A stretch of DNA of 64,000 nucleotides from Malacoraja senta (taxonomy: Eukaryota), in NCBI GenBank assembly GCA_038087875.1, contig CM075990.1, positions 17,982,001-18,046,000 of the forward strand, given 5' to 3'. Shown piece after piece: positions 50,544 through 61,374 of the stretch. The position numbers were made by a program, and so were the translations under genes. The notes under the pieces were generated by a model, which searched no databases, was not told the DNA's origin, and worked only from the letters and a program-made list of their open reading frames with translations. Numbering within the stretch: position 1 is the first letter of the stretch; each line of letters starts with the position of its first letter.

Positions 50544-50580
50544 AGTCTGAAGAAGGGTTTCGGTCCGAAACGTTGCCTAT
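50544..50580 (+). ncRNA. Minimal hammerhead-ribozyme-like motif in a Penelope terminal repeat
   Basis: CTGAAGA 50547-50553, stem II GGG-tttcgg-TCC, GAAA 50567-50570, CGTT; near-identical copy at 50245-50278. Confidence 0.5.
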
Positions 50581-50829
50581 TTCCTTCACTCCATAGATGC
50601 TGCCTCAACCGCTGAGTTTCTCCAGCATTTATGTCTACCTTTGATTTTCTTGCATCTGCAGTTCCTTCTTAAACAAACCAAAGAAGTCCCGGTCAATACG
50701 AGAAAAATTGAAGTCACCCACTACAACACCATGTTGCATTCACGTCTTTCCAAAATCTACCCATGTCGGTCCCTTTCACTGACTATTGGAATGTACATAG
50801 TATAACCCCATCAGAGTGATTTTTTTTAA

Positions 50830-51620
50830 TTGCAAGGAAGATAAGAGTCCTCTGGCCCTTACCTTACCGCATCAGCCTCCAGATCCAACATATCATCTCC
50901 TATGTGATCCCACCACCATCTTCACACTTCCCATCTTCACCCTTTTCTGCTTACACAAAGACTGCTCCTTCCACAACTCCTTAGTTCCCTCATCCCTTCC
51001 TATCCAACCACCCATCCCTGGGTACTTTCCCCTACAACCACAGGAGATGCAACACCTGTCCCTATATCTCTTCTGTTGCCTCCATCCAGGGCCCAGCAGT
51101 CCTTCCAGATGAGACAGAGGTTCACATACACCTTCTCCGACCTAATCTACTGCATCTGGTGTTTCCGATGTGGCTTCCTGTACATTGGTGAAACCCAGCA
51201 TGGAGTGTTTAGCTCAACACGTGCTAGGTTTGCTCAGGCCTACTGGATCTCCCAGTTGTTAACCATCTGAACTTGCTTTCATATTTCCACACTGACCTTT
51301 ATGTCCTGTCCTCCTCCATTGCAGGGTGAGGCCACAAACAAACTGGAATAGTACCTCTTATTCTGCTTGGGTAACTTACAACCCAATGGTATGAACATTA
51401 AATTCTCCAACTTTAGGTAACCTCTGGAAAATACACCCTCCCCCCTCCCCCCTCCCCCTTTATCCCCATAAACCCTCCCTTCCCACCTCTCCCCTGAGCC
51501 CCGACCGACCTTGCACAATCTTTCCCTCTCCTCCCCTTCCACCTACATTCCTAGCACTAGATACAAAATTTGTACCTGGTCAATTCTCTAGCTTCACAAT
51601 TCGCAACTCTCCAATCCTTT
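50830..51620 (+). mobile_element. Penelope-like element fragment, decayed
   Basis: ORF 51076..51270 FQMRQRFTYTFSDLIYCIWCFRCGFLYIGET (GIY-YIG). Confidence 0.8.
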
Positions 51621-52008
51621 GATTTGCAACTGTCTGTTGGAGGATAAATTTAGGACAAGTGTCATTGAGTTGTATTCCCGCCTCTCACCAAATCGCACCC
51701 CACAGCTGTTTTAGCGTGAATTCAAGTCTCCTTTCCATCTTTGAACAGCACTACTGATCCCATACCATCTCCATTCCACACATCACCTGCTTCCTTTTCA
51801 ATGCACTCCTCCTACACATACCGTGGGTGCACATGTAACCCAGGAGCAGGGGCAGTGATGAGGGGTGGAAGACAAGTTGACATTTAAATTAATCATTTAA
51901 GCTTGGTTAAGCTGTTATTTTATACATTGAATATTGTTATCTATTGTGCCATTTTGCCTCGATTTAAGATTAAACCAAACTATTTGCATTCATTGAACTG
52001 CAGCTTAC

Positions 52009-52051
52009 CTGCCCTCCTTGAAGTGTGCTTTCTTCCATAATGCCAGCGAGA
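52009..52051 (-). CDS. PLAU: Plasminogen activator short N-terminal exon, 43 nt (phase 0 to 1)
   Basis: ttttttgttgcag|SRWHYGRKHTSRRA(D)|gtaagc; phases join the signal exon and the kringle exon in frame. Confidence 0.8.
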
Positions 52052-52404
52052 CTGCAACAAAAAATTGCATTTCCCACATGAAGAAAGTAGGATGTAAAGA
52101 TGCAAAGTAGTTTCATGGAACCATATCAAATTTAATTGTTGGTATCATGGTCCATTATGTAACATATAAAAAGTGGCATGCATTGGCAGTTAGTGAAGAA
52201 AATTCTGTCCAGAAAATGTGCATTGCCGAAATACAGTTTAAAAACCTCCCTGCAACACCCTGATGTTAGATAATTCCTCATGTGGCTCATGTACCCAGTC
52301 ATGCCCCAGATTTACTTATTGGTCTGGTAAGCTGGCTGGTTTCATCTGGGACAGGAGCAAGAATTTTATCACTGGCTTTGGTAACCCTCTCTGAGGGAGA
52401 GAGT

Positions 52405-53410
52405 AACATAGAAACATAGAAACATAGAAAATAGATGCAGGAGGAGGCCATTCGGCCCTTCGAGCCAGCACCGGCATTCATTGCGATCATGGCTGATCGT
52501 CCCTAATCAATAACCCGTGCCTGCCTTCTCCCCATATCCCTTGATTCCACTAGCCCCTAGAGCTCTATCTAACTCTCTCTTAAATCCATCCAGTGATTTG
52601 GCCTCCACTGCCCTCTGTGGCAGGGAATTCCACAAATTCACAACTCTCTGGGTGAAAAAGTTTTCTCACCTTCGTCTTAAATGGCCTCCCCTTTATTCCA
52701 AGACTGTGGCCCCTGGTTCTGGACTCGCCCAACATTGGGAACATTTTTCCTGCATCCAGCTTGTCCAGTCCTTTTATAATTTGATATGTTTCTATAAGAT
52801 TCCCCCTCATCCTTCTAAACTCCAGTGAATACAAGCCTAGTCTTTTCAATCTTTCCTCATATGACAGTCCCGCCATCCCAGGGATCAATCTCGTGAACCT
52901 ACGCTGCACTGCCTCAATCACAAGGATATCCTTCCTCAAATTAGACCAAAACTGTACGCAATACTCCAGATGTGGTCTTACCAGAGCTCTATACAACTGC
53001 AGAATAACTTCTATACTCCTATACTGAAATCCTCTTGTTATGAAGGCCAACATTCCATTCGCTTTCTTCACTTCCTGCTGCACCTGCACGCCAACTTTCA
53101 GTGACCGGTGTACAAGGACACCCAGGTCTCGCTGTACCTCCCCCTTACTTAACCTAACCCCATTGAGATAATAATCTGCCCCCTTGTTTTTGCCACCAAA
53201 ATGGAAAACCTCACATTTATCTATATTATACTGCATCTGCCACGCATCTGCCCACTCACTCAACCTGTCCAGGTCACCCTGCAAACTCCTAACATCCTCT
53301 TCACAGTTCACACTGCCACCCAGCTTTGTGTCATCAGCAAACTTGCTCGTGTTGCTTATATTTCCCCCTTCCAACTCATTAATATATATGGTAAACAGTT
53401 GCGGGCCCAA
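52405..53410 (-). mobile_element. CR1 LINE 5'-truncated copy
   Basis: 276-aa ORF 52580..53410 with FADD; (CATAGAAA)n tail. Confidence 0.92.
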
Positions 53411-53489
53411 CAGTGCTTTTTCCTGCTTCTCTTTGCTGCTGTTTCTTCAAAATCCATGGAGGCTCTGAGTAATCAAGTGATGTGTATGA

Positions 53490-54825
53490 GCAGAGCAATT
53501 GAGAGGTGTTGGAAAGTCAAACCAGGGCAGGACCCTCACAGTGAATGGCAGGGCCACGGGGAGGTTCATTGAAAGTGGTATCATAGGTAGATAGGATGGT
53601 CAAGAAAGCTTTTAGTACATTAGCCTTCATGAGTCAGGGTAAAGAGTATAGAAATTGGGATGTAATTTTGCAGATGTACAATACGTTGGTGAGACCGTAT
53701 TTGGAATATTGTGATAGTTTTGATCATCCTGCTATAGAAAGGATGTTGTTAAGCTGGATGAGTGCAAATAAGATTTATGACAATGTTGCCAGGACTCGGG
53801 CTTGAACTATAGGGAGAGGTTGGGCAGGCTAGGTCCTTATTCATAGAAACATAGAAACATAGAAAATAGGTGCAGGAGGAGGCCATTCGGCCCTTCGAGC
53901 CTGCACCGCCATTCAATATGATCATGGCTGATCATCCAACTCAGTATCCTGTACCTGCCTTCTCTCCATACCCCCTGATCCCTTTAGCCACAAGGGCCAC
54001 ATCTAACTCCCTCTTAAATATAGCCAATGAACTGGCCTCAACTACCTTCTGTGGCAGAGAATTCCAGAGATTCACCACTCTCTGTGTGAAAAATGTTTTT
54101 CTCATCTCAGTCCTAAAGGATTTCCCCCTAATCCTTAAACTGTGACCCCTTGTTCTGGACTTCCCCAACATCGGGAACAATCTTCCTGCATCTAGCCTGT
54201 CCAACCCCTTAAGAATTTTGTACGTTTCTATAAGGTCCCCCCTCAATCTTCTAAATTCTAGCGAGTACAAGCCGAGTCTATCCAGTCTTTCTTCGTATGA
54301 AAGTCCTGACATCCCAGGAATCAGTCTGGTGAACCTTCTCTGTACTCCCTCTATGGCAAGAATGTCTTTCCTCAGATTTGGAGACCAAAACTGTACGCAA
54401 TACTCCAGGTGTGGTCTCACCAACTTTGGACTCTCCTTGGACTTCAGAAGGCTGAGGGGACATCTTATAAAGGTGTATAAAATTATGAGTGGAATAGATG
54501 GTAGGGTGAATGCACAGAGTGTTTTACTCAGAGTAGCGGAATCAGGAACCAGAGAACCGGTTTAAGGTGATAGAGGAAAGATTCAATAGGAACCTGAGCG
54601 ACGACCTTTTCACAGAGGATAGTGGATATCTGGAATGAGCACCAGAGGACATAGTTGAGGCAGGTTAACAACATAAAAGACATTTGAACAGGTACATGGA
54701 TATGAAAGCTTTTGAGGGATACGGGTCAAATGCATGCAGGTGGGACTAATGTAGATGGAAGATCTTGGTCGGCATGGGAAGTTGGGCAAAAGGGCCTGTT
54801 TCCATGCTATATGACTCTATGACTA
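53490..54825 (+). mobile_element. Old CR1 3' region interrupted by a young inverted CR1 (53842-54423, minus strand)
   Basis: ORF 53596..53805 continues near 54430 (RRLRGHLIKVYKIM); inner ORF 53941..54423. Confidence 0.8.
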
Positions 54826-55191
54826 AAAGGAGATGGGTCCATTTGAAATATGAGAATTGGACAATTAATTCTCTGAGGAAGTGCTAATGCTGACGTCTTT
54901 AAACTGTGCTGAGTCACAGCAGAAATGATTAACATCCTGTAAACAAAGTAAATCTAAAACCATTATGCAACTCGTGGGACATTTTGGACATTAACTCATG
55001 ATCTCTGGCTCATTCATCAGTCTGAACCAAGAGTATCAGCACTATTTGTTTGGCAGTAATAGGAACTATTGATTCAGATTATTCTATTAAGAGAAAGGTC
55101 AGTTCATTATGAGCAAAAATTATTGTTTTTAAATATGATCTTCGGATTATATGTTACTGATTAAATAATTTTGGCTATTATACTGCCTTAC

Positions 55192-55245
55192 CATTTCAGT
55201 GCCAATACTGAGTGACAGCAGTAAAGGTAAAACCAGGATCTTCAT
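55192..55245 (-). CDS. PLAU: Plasminogen activator signal-peptide exon (coding part; exon 55192-55281)
   Basis: MKILVLPLLLSLSIGTEM|gtaagg; acceptor ctttctttgcag ending at 55282; hydrophobic signal peptide; in-frame upstream stop. Confidence 0.82.
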
Positions 55246-55959
55246 TTCTTCAGTTTCTCTCAAACCTCACTTTTAGTATCTCTGCAAAGAAAGAGGTAGG
55301 CATTTACAACCTGTTGTACTTTCGTGGTCCTTCAGTAAACCTTCATTGCATTTGATGTAACTATCCAACTGGACTTTAAAACATACCAGATAAAAGCTGT
55401 TTCATCGTTGTGATGGAGGAGATATGAAATTGAAATTTCCAATTTTCTAATAATTATGAGTGGACTAGATATTAGGGTGAATGCACAGAGTTTAGAACTT
55501 GGTAGGAATTTATGCCACGTGTAACAATTCATTAATGGTTTGAAAGATTCAAAAGGTGCATTTTTTTGCAGAGTATTGTGAATGTAATGTTTTGAAATAG
55601 TTGTAAAAAGGCACTACACGCAAAATTAAAACCGAATGTTCCTGATAACAGCTTTTGGAAGCCTGACACATTTGCTACTAAGTATTACTGTCATTTCTTT
55701 ATGTTGATATATGTATAATTAACTGTCTCATGCATTCTTGGTCATATCATATCGAATTGGTAAATAAAACAAGTATGTAGAAATTGACAATTTTTTAACT
55801 GCACACAATAGTCCAAATGTGGCCTAACCAAATCTTATAAATCTAGCACATTAGGTCCTGACCTATGAAAGTTGGATGATCAGCCATGATCATATTGAAT
55901 GGCGGTGCAGGCTCGAAGGGCCGAATGGCCTACTCCTGCACCTATTTTCTATGTTTCTA

Positions 55960-56419
55960 TGAAAGCAAACATATCATATGCCTTCTTTACCACTATCAAC
56001 TTCAGTTGCTGCTTTGAGGGAGTTATGGATTTAGACCCCAAGATCCCTCTGCACATCAATGCTGTTCAGGGTCTTGCTATTAACTGTAAACTTTCCCCTT
56101 ATATTCAACCTCCCAGAGTCAAATGCCTTGCACTTGCTTGGAATAAACTCCATTTGCCATTTCCTCATCCATCTCTATAGCTGATCTTCAAGCAATATGG
56201 GGAAAATGCAGGAACGGTGTACTGATTTTGGATGATCAGCCGTGATCATATTGAATGGCGGTGCTGGCTCAAAGGACCGAATGGCCTACTCCTGAATCTA
56301 TTTTCTAAGTTTCTATGATCTATGTCCTTTTATAAACTGTGACAGCCTTCTCTCAAACTCTGCAACTGCAACAATTTTTGTGTTGTCTGCAAACGTATGG
56401 AGCACCATGTACATCAAAG

Positions 56420-56465
<46 letters not shown>

Positions 56466-57880
56466 CAAAGCGAGGTCCCAGCACAGACTTTATCAAATGC
56501 TTTACGAAAATCCACGTAGATAGCATCTACTGCCTAGCCCTCATAGATCACCTTTGCCACCTCCTCAGAAACATAGAGTTTGTCAGACATGACTGCCCGT
56601 GGACAAAGCCATGCTGACAGTCTCTGATTAGCCTATATATTTCTAAATTTGATTAAATCCTATCTTGAAGAATCCTCTCCATTAACTTCCCTCCCACTGA
56701 TGTGAGTTTCACCACCTTTTAATTCACTGGATTTTATTTACTTCCCTTTTAAATAAAAAAGCAACATTAGTTACTCTCCAGTCCTCTGGGACCTCACCTC
56801 TAACTAAAGAAGACAAAGCTCTTTGTCAAGGCTCCCCAAATCTCCTTCCTTGCTTTTCTCAATAATCTGGAATAGATCCCATCAGGTCCTAGGGATTTAT
56901 CCACTTAATGCTCTTCAATAGCCACATCACCTCCTCCTACTTAATCTCAAATTGCCCTTGCATCTTAGTATTTTCCACACTGATCTCAGTACCAGATGTC
57001 CTTTTCCTTGGAGAAACAGATGCAATGTACTCATTTGGTACCTCGCCTAAATCCCCGGACCCCAAGCACAGATTTCCACCTTTATCCTTAATTGGTCCTA
57101 CCTTCTCCCCTGTTACCCTCTCGTTTCTAATGTAGGTGTAAAAAGCTTTGGGATTTCCCATTATGCACCTCGCCAAAGCCATGTTGTGGCCCTTTTAGGC
57201 CCTACTAATCACCCTTCTTTATATTTCTCTTCGCCCTGTCTGATTCCATCATCTTAAACCTTACATGTATTTTCTTTTCTTTTTTTGACCAAATTTACAA
57301 CAACTGGTCATCCAAGGCTCCTTACTTTGCCATCCTTATCCTCCTCATTACATGCTGGTTCTGAACACTGATGAATTGGCCTTTAAACATCTCCCACATG
57401 TTTGGTGTGGACTCACCCAATAACTGCTCCCAGTGTACACTCCCGAGTTCCAATCTAATAACATTATAGTTTGTCTTGCTCCAATTCCCACAGGGTGCTG
57501 CCTTTTCCCTATTTAAAACAATCTTAAAACTTATAAAGTTGTGATCACTCTCCCAAAAATGCTCGTCCAATGAAACACCAGTCATCTGGCCAGGATCATG
57601 TCCAACACAATGTCCAGTGTATACCCTTCTCAGGTTGGGCCATCTACACACTGTTTCAAGAAAATCTCTTGGATACACCTCACAAATTCTGCCCCGTCAA
57701 AGCCTTTGGCACTGAGCAAATCCCAGTCAATTTTGGGAAAGTTAAATTCACACTATAAGACAACCCTGTTATTTTGGCATCTTTTGCTAACCTATCTACA
57801 TATCTGCATCGCACGTTACTCTTGGAGGGACCTAAGGTACAACCTTATTAGAGTGCTTACACCTTTCTTATTTCTAAGCT
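55960..57880 (-). mobile_element. Old CR1 LINE remnant, continuing at about 59115-59330
   Basis: ORFs 56937..57182 (GNPKAFYTYIR...VGPIKD) and 57322..57678 (ESDHNFISF). Confidence 0.75.
56422..56464. repeat. (AT)n microsatellite
   Basis: About 21 perfect AT units. Confidence 0.97.
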
Positions 57881-57884
57881 CTAT

Positions 57885-59115
57885 CTTTCAGAAGCCTTTC
57901 AGAAGGCTTTCGACAAGGTACCAGACTTTCAGAAGGCTTTCGACAAGGTACCACATAAGAGATTAGGATACAAGCTTAAATCACACGGTATTGGGGGTTC
58001 AGTATTGATGTGGATAGAGAACTGGCTGGCAAACAGGAAGCAAAGTGTAGGAGTAAACGGGTCCTTTTCACAATGGCAGGCAGTGACTAGTGGGGTACCG
58101 CAAGGCTCAGTGCTGGGACCCCAGCTATTTACAATTTATATTAATGATCTGGACGAGGGAATTGAAAGCAACATCTCCAAGTTTGCGGATGACACTAAGC
58201 TGGGGGGCAGTGTTAGCTGTGAGGAGGATGCTAGGAGACTGCAAGGTGACTTGGATAGGCTGGGGGAGTGGGCAAATGTTTGGCAGATGCAGTATAATGT
58301 GGATAAATGTGAGGTTATCCACTTTGGTGGCAAAAACGGGAAGGCAGACTATTATCTAAATGGTGGCCGATTAGGAAAAGGGGAGGTGCAGTGAGACCTG
58401 GGTGTCATGGTACACCAGTCATTGAAAGTAGGCATGCAGGTGCAGCAGGCAGTGAAGAAAGCGAATGGTATGTTGGCCTTCATAGCAAGAGGATTTGAGT
58501 ATAGGAGCAGGGAGGTTCTACTGCAGTTGTACAGGGTCTTGGTGAGACCACACCTGGAGTATTGCGTACAGTTTTGGTCTCCAAATCTGAGGAAGGACAT
58601 TATAGCCATAGAGGGAGTGCAGAGAAGGTTCACCAGACTGATTCCTGGGATGTCAGGACTTTCATATGAAGAAAGACTGGATAGACTTGGCTTATACTCG
58701 CTAGAATTTAGGAGATTGAGAGGGGATCTTATAGAAACGTACAAAATTCTTATGGGGTTGGACAGGCTAGATGCAGGAAGATTGTTCCCGATGTTGGGGA
58801 AGTCCAGGACAAGGGGTCACAGCTTAAGGATAAGGGGGAAATCCTTTAAGACCGAGATGAGGAAAAACTTTTTCACACAGAGAGTGGTGAATCTCTGGAA
58901 CTCTCTGCCACAGAGGGTAGTTGACGCCAGTTCATTGGCTATATTTAAGAGGGAGTTAGATGTGGCCCTTGTGGCTAAAGGGATCAGGGGGTATGGAGAG
59001 AAGGCAGGTACGGGATACTGAGTTGGATGATCAGCCATGATCATATTGAATGGCGGTGCAGGCTCGAAGGGCCGAATGGCCTACTCCTGCACCTATTTTC
59101 TATGTATCTATGTAT
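57885..59115 (+). mobile_element. CR1 LINE 5'-truncated copy, young subfamily
   Basis: ORFs 58005..58394 and 58407..59021 separated by one stop; tail tttctatgtatctatg. Confidence 0.94.
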
Positions 59116-60099
59116 CCATACTGGCTCAGCAGACAAAACCTCCAGTATCCCTGGGTGCCATCATGACATTCTCCCGGATAAGTAGATTAACTCTTCCACC
59201 TCTGTTGCCTCCCTCTCCATCATGTCTGAAACATTGAACCGCCGAAACATTGAGCTGCAAATCGTGTCCCTTCCACACAACTACGTTTCCACAATGACAG
59301 CAACATCATAATCTCAAACAATTTCATCTGCTTTCTCCATAATTCCTCTTCTCCAATTCACAGCCACACATCTTATTGGATGCCACATTTTACATTTCCA
59401 CATTTGCCACATTTTACAATCCTTGATTTCCCACCCATATTCATGTGAGAAAAGTACTTTCTCTAGAACAAGATGAATTGAAAAATCCTACATTATATCG
59501 TAAAGAGAAACTGGTGGAGAAGAGCAAATACATTGTCTACTCATAGGATTGGTCAACAATTGTTCTATTTCATTTAATAGTTCAAGGCAGATTGAATTAA
59601 CAATTTCGAAGCAAGATTTACATAACATCTAACATCTTGAAGAGACGGAAAACCAATTGTCGGAAATTAATGCACTCACCTGTATCCATCCATTATCTGC
59701 CAGAGCAAAGTTCTAATTATCGGAAAGACCAAGCTTTTAGAATTAGATTTGCACTTTGACATTTTACAATGTTTATTCGATATTATTAAATTATTGGTAG
59801 ACATAAATGCTGGAGTAACTCAGCGGGACAGGCAGCATCTCTAAATTATTAAATTATTTATTAGTGGCTGCTTATTGTCTCAAAGAGACAGACGCCTGAC
59901 CTATTACATTAAACACATACAGTCTCAGAAATAACATCGTCCTCTCTGCAGCCAAAAACCAGCGCGGCAGCTGCTCAACTAACTGCACGTTACAATGTGA
60001 CCGTGTGAAAACAAACGTATATTTTCCGATGTTCAATGTTCTACGAGGACAACAACAATGTTATTGGTTTAAGATTAAAATCGCTCAGACATTAAGCAC

Positions 60100-60480
60100 C
60101 GACATAGAACGGGTGAAGGTTGACATACCTACAGATATCGCCCGGACCAGGCGTGATGTGATGTGATGCGGACCGGACCGGAGAGGAGAGGAGCGGAGAG
60201 GAGCCGCGATCTGCCCGTGCTGGGCTCCGAACCTTCCTGTGCGCAATTAAAAGGGTCGGCGCCGGAAGCGTGGAGGCGATTTGCTGGAAACTCCCAGCTC
60301 CTGAGAAGTACGGGGGAGGGAACATCCCGAAACTCGCCGATCCGCTCAAATCAAATGATCGAAATTGTCTCTCCTGAGAGCGGAGGTAGTTCTGGACTCA
60401 TGACTCATTGGGCGAGGAGCTGCCATCGACCCGGCCACATCTGGTTTGCTGTGACTTCAATACAAGAACCGGCACTATTT
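60100..60480 (-). promoter_or_regulatory. Probable PLAU promoter/CpG island and non-coding exon 1 (donor at 60128)
   Basis: CpG-rich unique sequence 5' of the signal exon; AG|GTATG donor; ETS CCGGAAG 60262-60268; kB site GGGAGTTTCC (minus) 60286-60295; AP-1 TGACTCA 60401-60407; TGAAGTCA (minus) 60452-60459. Confidence 0.6.
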
Positions 60481-60549
60481 AAAGACGGATGGAATGGTTG
60501 TGGATTCTGTAGAAACGAAACGAACGGCAGATATATCTGAACACAACAT

Positions 60550-60740
60550 GGAAAACTGCAGATGCTGGTTTAAACTGAAGATGGACACAAAATGCTGGAG
60601 TAACTCAGCGGGACAGGGAGCATCTATGGATAGAAAGAATGGATGACGTTTCGGGTCGAGACCCTGGTGCCTGTCCCGCTGAGTTTCTCCAGCATTTTTG
60701 TCTACCTTCGATTTTCCAGCATCTGCAGTTCCTTCTTAAA
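60550..60740. repeat. Fold-back pair of Penelope-type terminal repeats
   Basis: aactgcagatgctgg...ctcagcgggacagg versus cctgtcccgctgag...ccagcatctgcagtt. Confidence 0.75.
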
Positions 60741-61115
60741 CAAAGTATTTCGAAGATGTTCACCTCTCTCTGATACCCGCTCTCACTGCCCCCCCCCCCC
60801 CTCCCTACAATCCTTGCTGGCTCCTGCTCTTTGACCATGTTCTGAGCCAGACTGACTACAGCAACCCATCTGCAAATCACCACTACCCTTTCGGCTATAT
60901 CTATCTACCAGACTATGCTTGCCGGGCTTTGCCCATCCATCCCCTACCCCCCTTTACCAACTTTATGGCCTCGATCAGTCTAAGGAAAGGTCATGACTCA
61001 AAACGTTGTCTGCCCATTTCCCTTCAAGAGTCAAGAGTGTTTTATTGTCATATGTCCCAGTTAGAACAATGAAAGTCGTACTTGCTGCAGCACAACAGAA
61101 TATGTCAACATAGTT

Positions 61116-61262
61116 CACCCATGACCGCGTGGGTTTTCTCCGAGATCTTTGATTTCCTCCCACACTCCAAAGACGTACAGGTTTGTAGGTTAATTGGATT
61201 GGTATAATTGTAAATTGTCCCTAGTGTGTGTAGGATAGTGTTCATGTGCGGGGATCGCTAGG
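61116..61262 (+). mobile_element. V-SINE (HE1-like) partial copy
   Basis: gcgtgggttttctccgag...cccacactccaaagacgtacagg...aattgtccctagtgtgtg, similar to 10722-10900. Confidence 0.6.
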
Positions 61263-61374
61263 AGAATATATACAATTAATGGCATGATCTTTAACAACAT
61301 TGATGTACAGAGGGATCTTGGAGTCCAAGTCCATAACTGCCTGAAAGTGACAACACAAGTCGATAGAGTGGTTA

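Noticed and set aside
48560..52005. Remnant fibronectin type I (finger) exon
   Set aside because: I searched by eye on the minus strand and found no Cys/Trp pattern; the interval is mostly transposons, so a very decayed remnant cannot be excluded.
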